Below the pieces are notes generated by a model that saw only the letters and a program-made list of their open reading frames with translations, was not told the DNA's origin and searched no databases. Made by a program: the position numbers and the translations under genes. DNA of 32,000 nt from Leptolyngbya sp. FACHB-321. Its GTDB lineage: Bacteria > Cyanobacteriota > Cyanobacteriia > Leptolyngbyales > Leptolyngbyaceae. Every line of letters begins with the position of its first letter. The first letter of the stretch is position 1. Below are positions 30,266 to 32,000 of the stretch, in pieces. The DNA lies in contig NZ_JACJPI010000082.1 of assembly GCF_014695975.1 (NCBI RefSeq), positions 56,568 through 88,567 of the forward strand, given 5' to 3'.

Positions 30266-31534
30266 ATGCTTTTTCAATTTTCCACAGAGATTCAACGAAG
30301 GCTTGCTACAGGTGAGCTTGTTCAGGTGCTTTCTAAAAACGGTGTGCCTTTAAGTCTGGTACGAGACGCGGTAACAGGTCAATTCAAAGGACAAGCGATC
30401 GGCGTTACAGGACTAAACCCATTCACAGCCATGCCTGGTTTGATCATCGATGGTTGGAATGCTTATCAAGGCGGTAAAATCCTCGATCAAGGTCGTCAGA
30501 CCCTTCAGGCAGTGAATGCCCTCGCGCAAGCTGTCAATCTTCTGCAAGCAACCACTGCGGTGATTGGTGTTGGCGTTGCAGCAACGGCTGCGCTTGCCGC
30601 CGTGAATCTCTATCAGACACTAAAACTCCGTCAAGAAGTTGCATCCCTGCGCTTAGAGGTCAAAGATGGCTTTATTGAACTGAAGCAGGCATTACGTGCT
30701 CAAGGGCTAGAGCTTATTGCTCACATTGACCGTGTCGCTGAAGACGTTGAATTTCGCCATCATCGCACGATTCTTGCACAAGCTTATGGGCTATTCAATC
30801 AAGCGCTCGTGCGTCTGCAAGCAGCGATCACAGTGCAAGATTTAGCGCTTCGTCATGCTGACATCACCTCAGTTCGTGACATGCTGTTTCAAGCTTTAGC
30901 AGATTACGATAACCCTCAATTACTAAAAAATATTAATGCAGCCGCTTATATTCGTCGCCGCGAGTGCGTGTGGGCAATTCAACAGGCAATTGCCTTCACC
31001 TATCAACTACAAGGTCAACCAAGCAGTGTCAGCCATCAATTGCAGACGCTCTGTACTACTATTCGCAATGATTCCCTTGCCGCTGTTGACCAGATCAGCT
31101 CTCAAGCTGAACTTGATTTTCTCTTTCCTGAAATTGTCCGCATCCATGATCACGACTTGCAAGTCCTCAACCTCTGGCAAACACAAAGTGACTGGGTCGC
31201 AACGCTACAGCCAGATGAAAAAAGTCTTTTGCAGCACTCGGAACTCAACCCAATTGATCTAAAAATGCCTAGCACAGACTCTTGGTTAGACGTGCCTTCA
31301 GAGCAGACTCTCTACGAAGAACTTCAGCTAAAGTCAAACAATGTGACTCTGTGCAATCAGCTTCGGTTGATGATGTCTCCAAATATGCGCTTAGAGTATG
31401 CCTCTACGATTAGTCAACAAGCACAAAGCAGTGGGCTAAAAGCTTTAACTATGGATAATTTGGAGGCGGCTTCAGCTTATACGATCGCCAATCTTCATCA
31501 CTACTTCCAAATTGAGGAAGGGGCATTGAAATAG
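30266..31534 (+). CDS. hypothetical single-pass membrane / helical protein, likely co-transcribed with the dynamin gene
   Basis: ATG 30266 lies 48 nt after the dynamin stop (the listed TTG 30227 is less likely). MLFQFSTEIQRRLATGELVQVLSKNGVPLSLVRDAVTGQFKGQAIG…, TM LQATTAVIGVGVAATAALAAVNLY, then about 300 aa that look helical. Confidence 0.75.
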   Translation: MLFQFSTEIQRRLATGELVQVLSKNGVPLSLVRDAVTGQFKGQAIGVTGLNPFTAMPGLIIDGWNAYQGGKILDQGRQTLQAVNALAQAVNLLQATTAVIGVGVAATAALAAVNLYQTLKLRQEVASLRLEVKDGFIELKQALRAQGLELIAHIDRVAEDVEFRHHRTILAQAYGLFNQALVRLQAAITVQDLALRHADITSVRDMLFQALADYDNPQLLKNINAAAYIRRRECVWAIQQAIAFTYQLQGQPSSVSHQLQTLCTTIRNDSLAAVDQISSQAELDFLFPEIVRIHDHDLQVLNLWQTQSDWVATLQPDEKSLLQHSELNPIDLKMPSTDSWLDVPSEQTLYEELQLKSNNVTLCNQLRLMMSPNMRLEYASTISQQAQSSGLKALTMDNLEAASAYTIANLHHYFQIEEGALK

Positions 31535-31897
31535 CCCCTCTTCATCCCGGTGTTCCCGTAGCGATCAAACCATAAAAGGACTTGGCTGAGCTGCCTTCAG
31601 CTACCTGAATCATTGAGTCTTCGGCTAGAGTATTAACTTTCTGTAGCAAGAAATCATTGCCAAGCAAGATTACTGTTGCATCATCTAGCCGTCTTAAAGC
31701 CATTAGGCACTCATAGTGGAAGCTGCATCCCCAGTTTTGGCTGTAGTTCAAAAGCTATGGGAATGCCTAGTTGCCTTGTTACCAGCCCCTGACAATTTAG
31801 GTGCAGTCAATTAAGCTTTCGCAAGCAATCATGGGCACTCTGGAAACGGCAAGCGTCCTCTTGCCAAAATTCCAGACCCAAAACTCACAGCAGCAGT

Positions 31898-32000
31898 ATG
31901 TCTAATTTCGACTCGACCAAAAAACGCCTCGCTGATCTGCTACGTGACATTGTTTCCGGCAAAATCCAACTGCCCGACTTTCAACGAGGATGGGTCTGGA
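31898..32000 (+). CDS. DUF262 (GmrSD/ParB-like nuclease superfamily) protein; 5' end only, runs off the window
   Basis: MSNFDSTKKRLADLLRDIVSGKIQLPDFQRGWVW. The …IP/LPDFQRG.VW motif is the DUF262 N-terminal signature. Confidence 0.6.
   Translation, partial: MSNFDSTKKRLADLLRDIVSGKIQLPDFQRGWVW

Noticed and set aside
31542-31751. A 69-aa minus-strand ORF (TTG start) between the dynamin-partner gene and the DUF262 gene
   Set aside because: There is no recognisable motif, the start is weak, and it could be a gene fragment. Evidence is insufficient to call it.

Overview
Accessory DNA that looks cyanobacterial: HIP1 GCGATCGC palindromes recur (e.g. 9428, 14325), and the gene families are typical of filamentous cyanobacteria. 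It reads as a mosaic of mobile and conflict islands. No rRNA, tRNA or CRISPR array was seen. (1) 1-5400: a partial DUF1016/YhcG nuclease, a serine resolvase preceded by a res-like 28-bp palindrome, a DUF3616-like protein, and two AT-rich membrane-protein genes. (2) 5400-16430: an NLR island of three same-strand modules. Each is a small helical Bell/HeLo-like ORF followed by a STAND NTPase with a different C-terminal region: TM + 11 WD40, NACHT + Gly/Leu-rich polytopic TM, and NB-ARC + 9 TPR. In module 1 the small ORF C-terminus and the NTPase N-terminus share a 17-aa motif, the layout of amyloid-signalling pairs. In modules 2 and 3 the small ORF and the NTPase are in the same frame, separated only by TGA-CTG, and the conserved NTPase leader has no start codon. 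I rate this the most unusual signal in the window (possible leaky stop, re-initiation or recoding). (3) 16900-21660: a decayed DUF2075 nuclease-helicase gene and, divergent from it, an 847-aa DEDDh exonuclease/P-loop NTPase fusion of unknown family. (4) 21890-32000: a Tn7-like end (TGTACA at 22299) interrupts a phage-type N6-adenine methyltransferase gene. It is followed by tnsB, a tnsC that lacks Walker A and B, and a short CAST V-K-type tniQ. Next come a tniQ pseudogene and a second ShCAST-like terminal sequence, pointing to nested or tandem relics. Cargo follows: a TerB-dynamin fusion with a TM partner, and the start of a DUF262 gene. No cas12k or CRISPR array lies within the window. All family calls come from reading motifs by eye; no searches were run.
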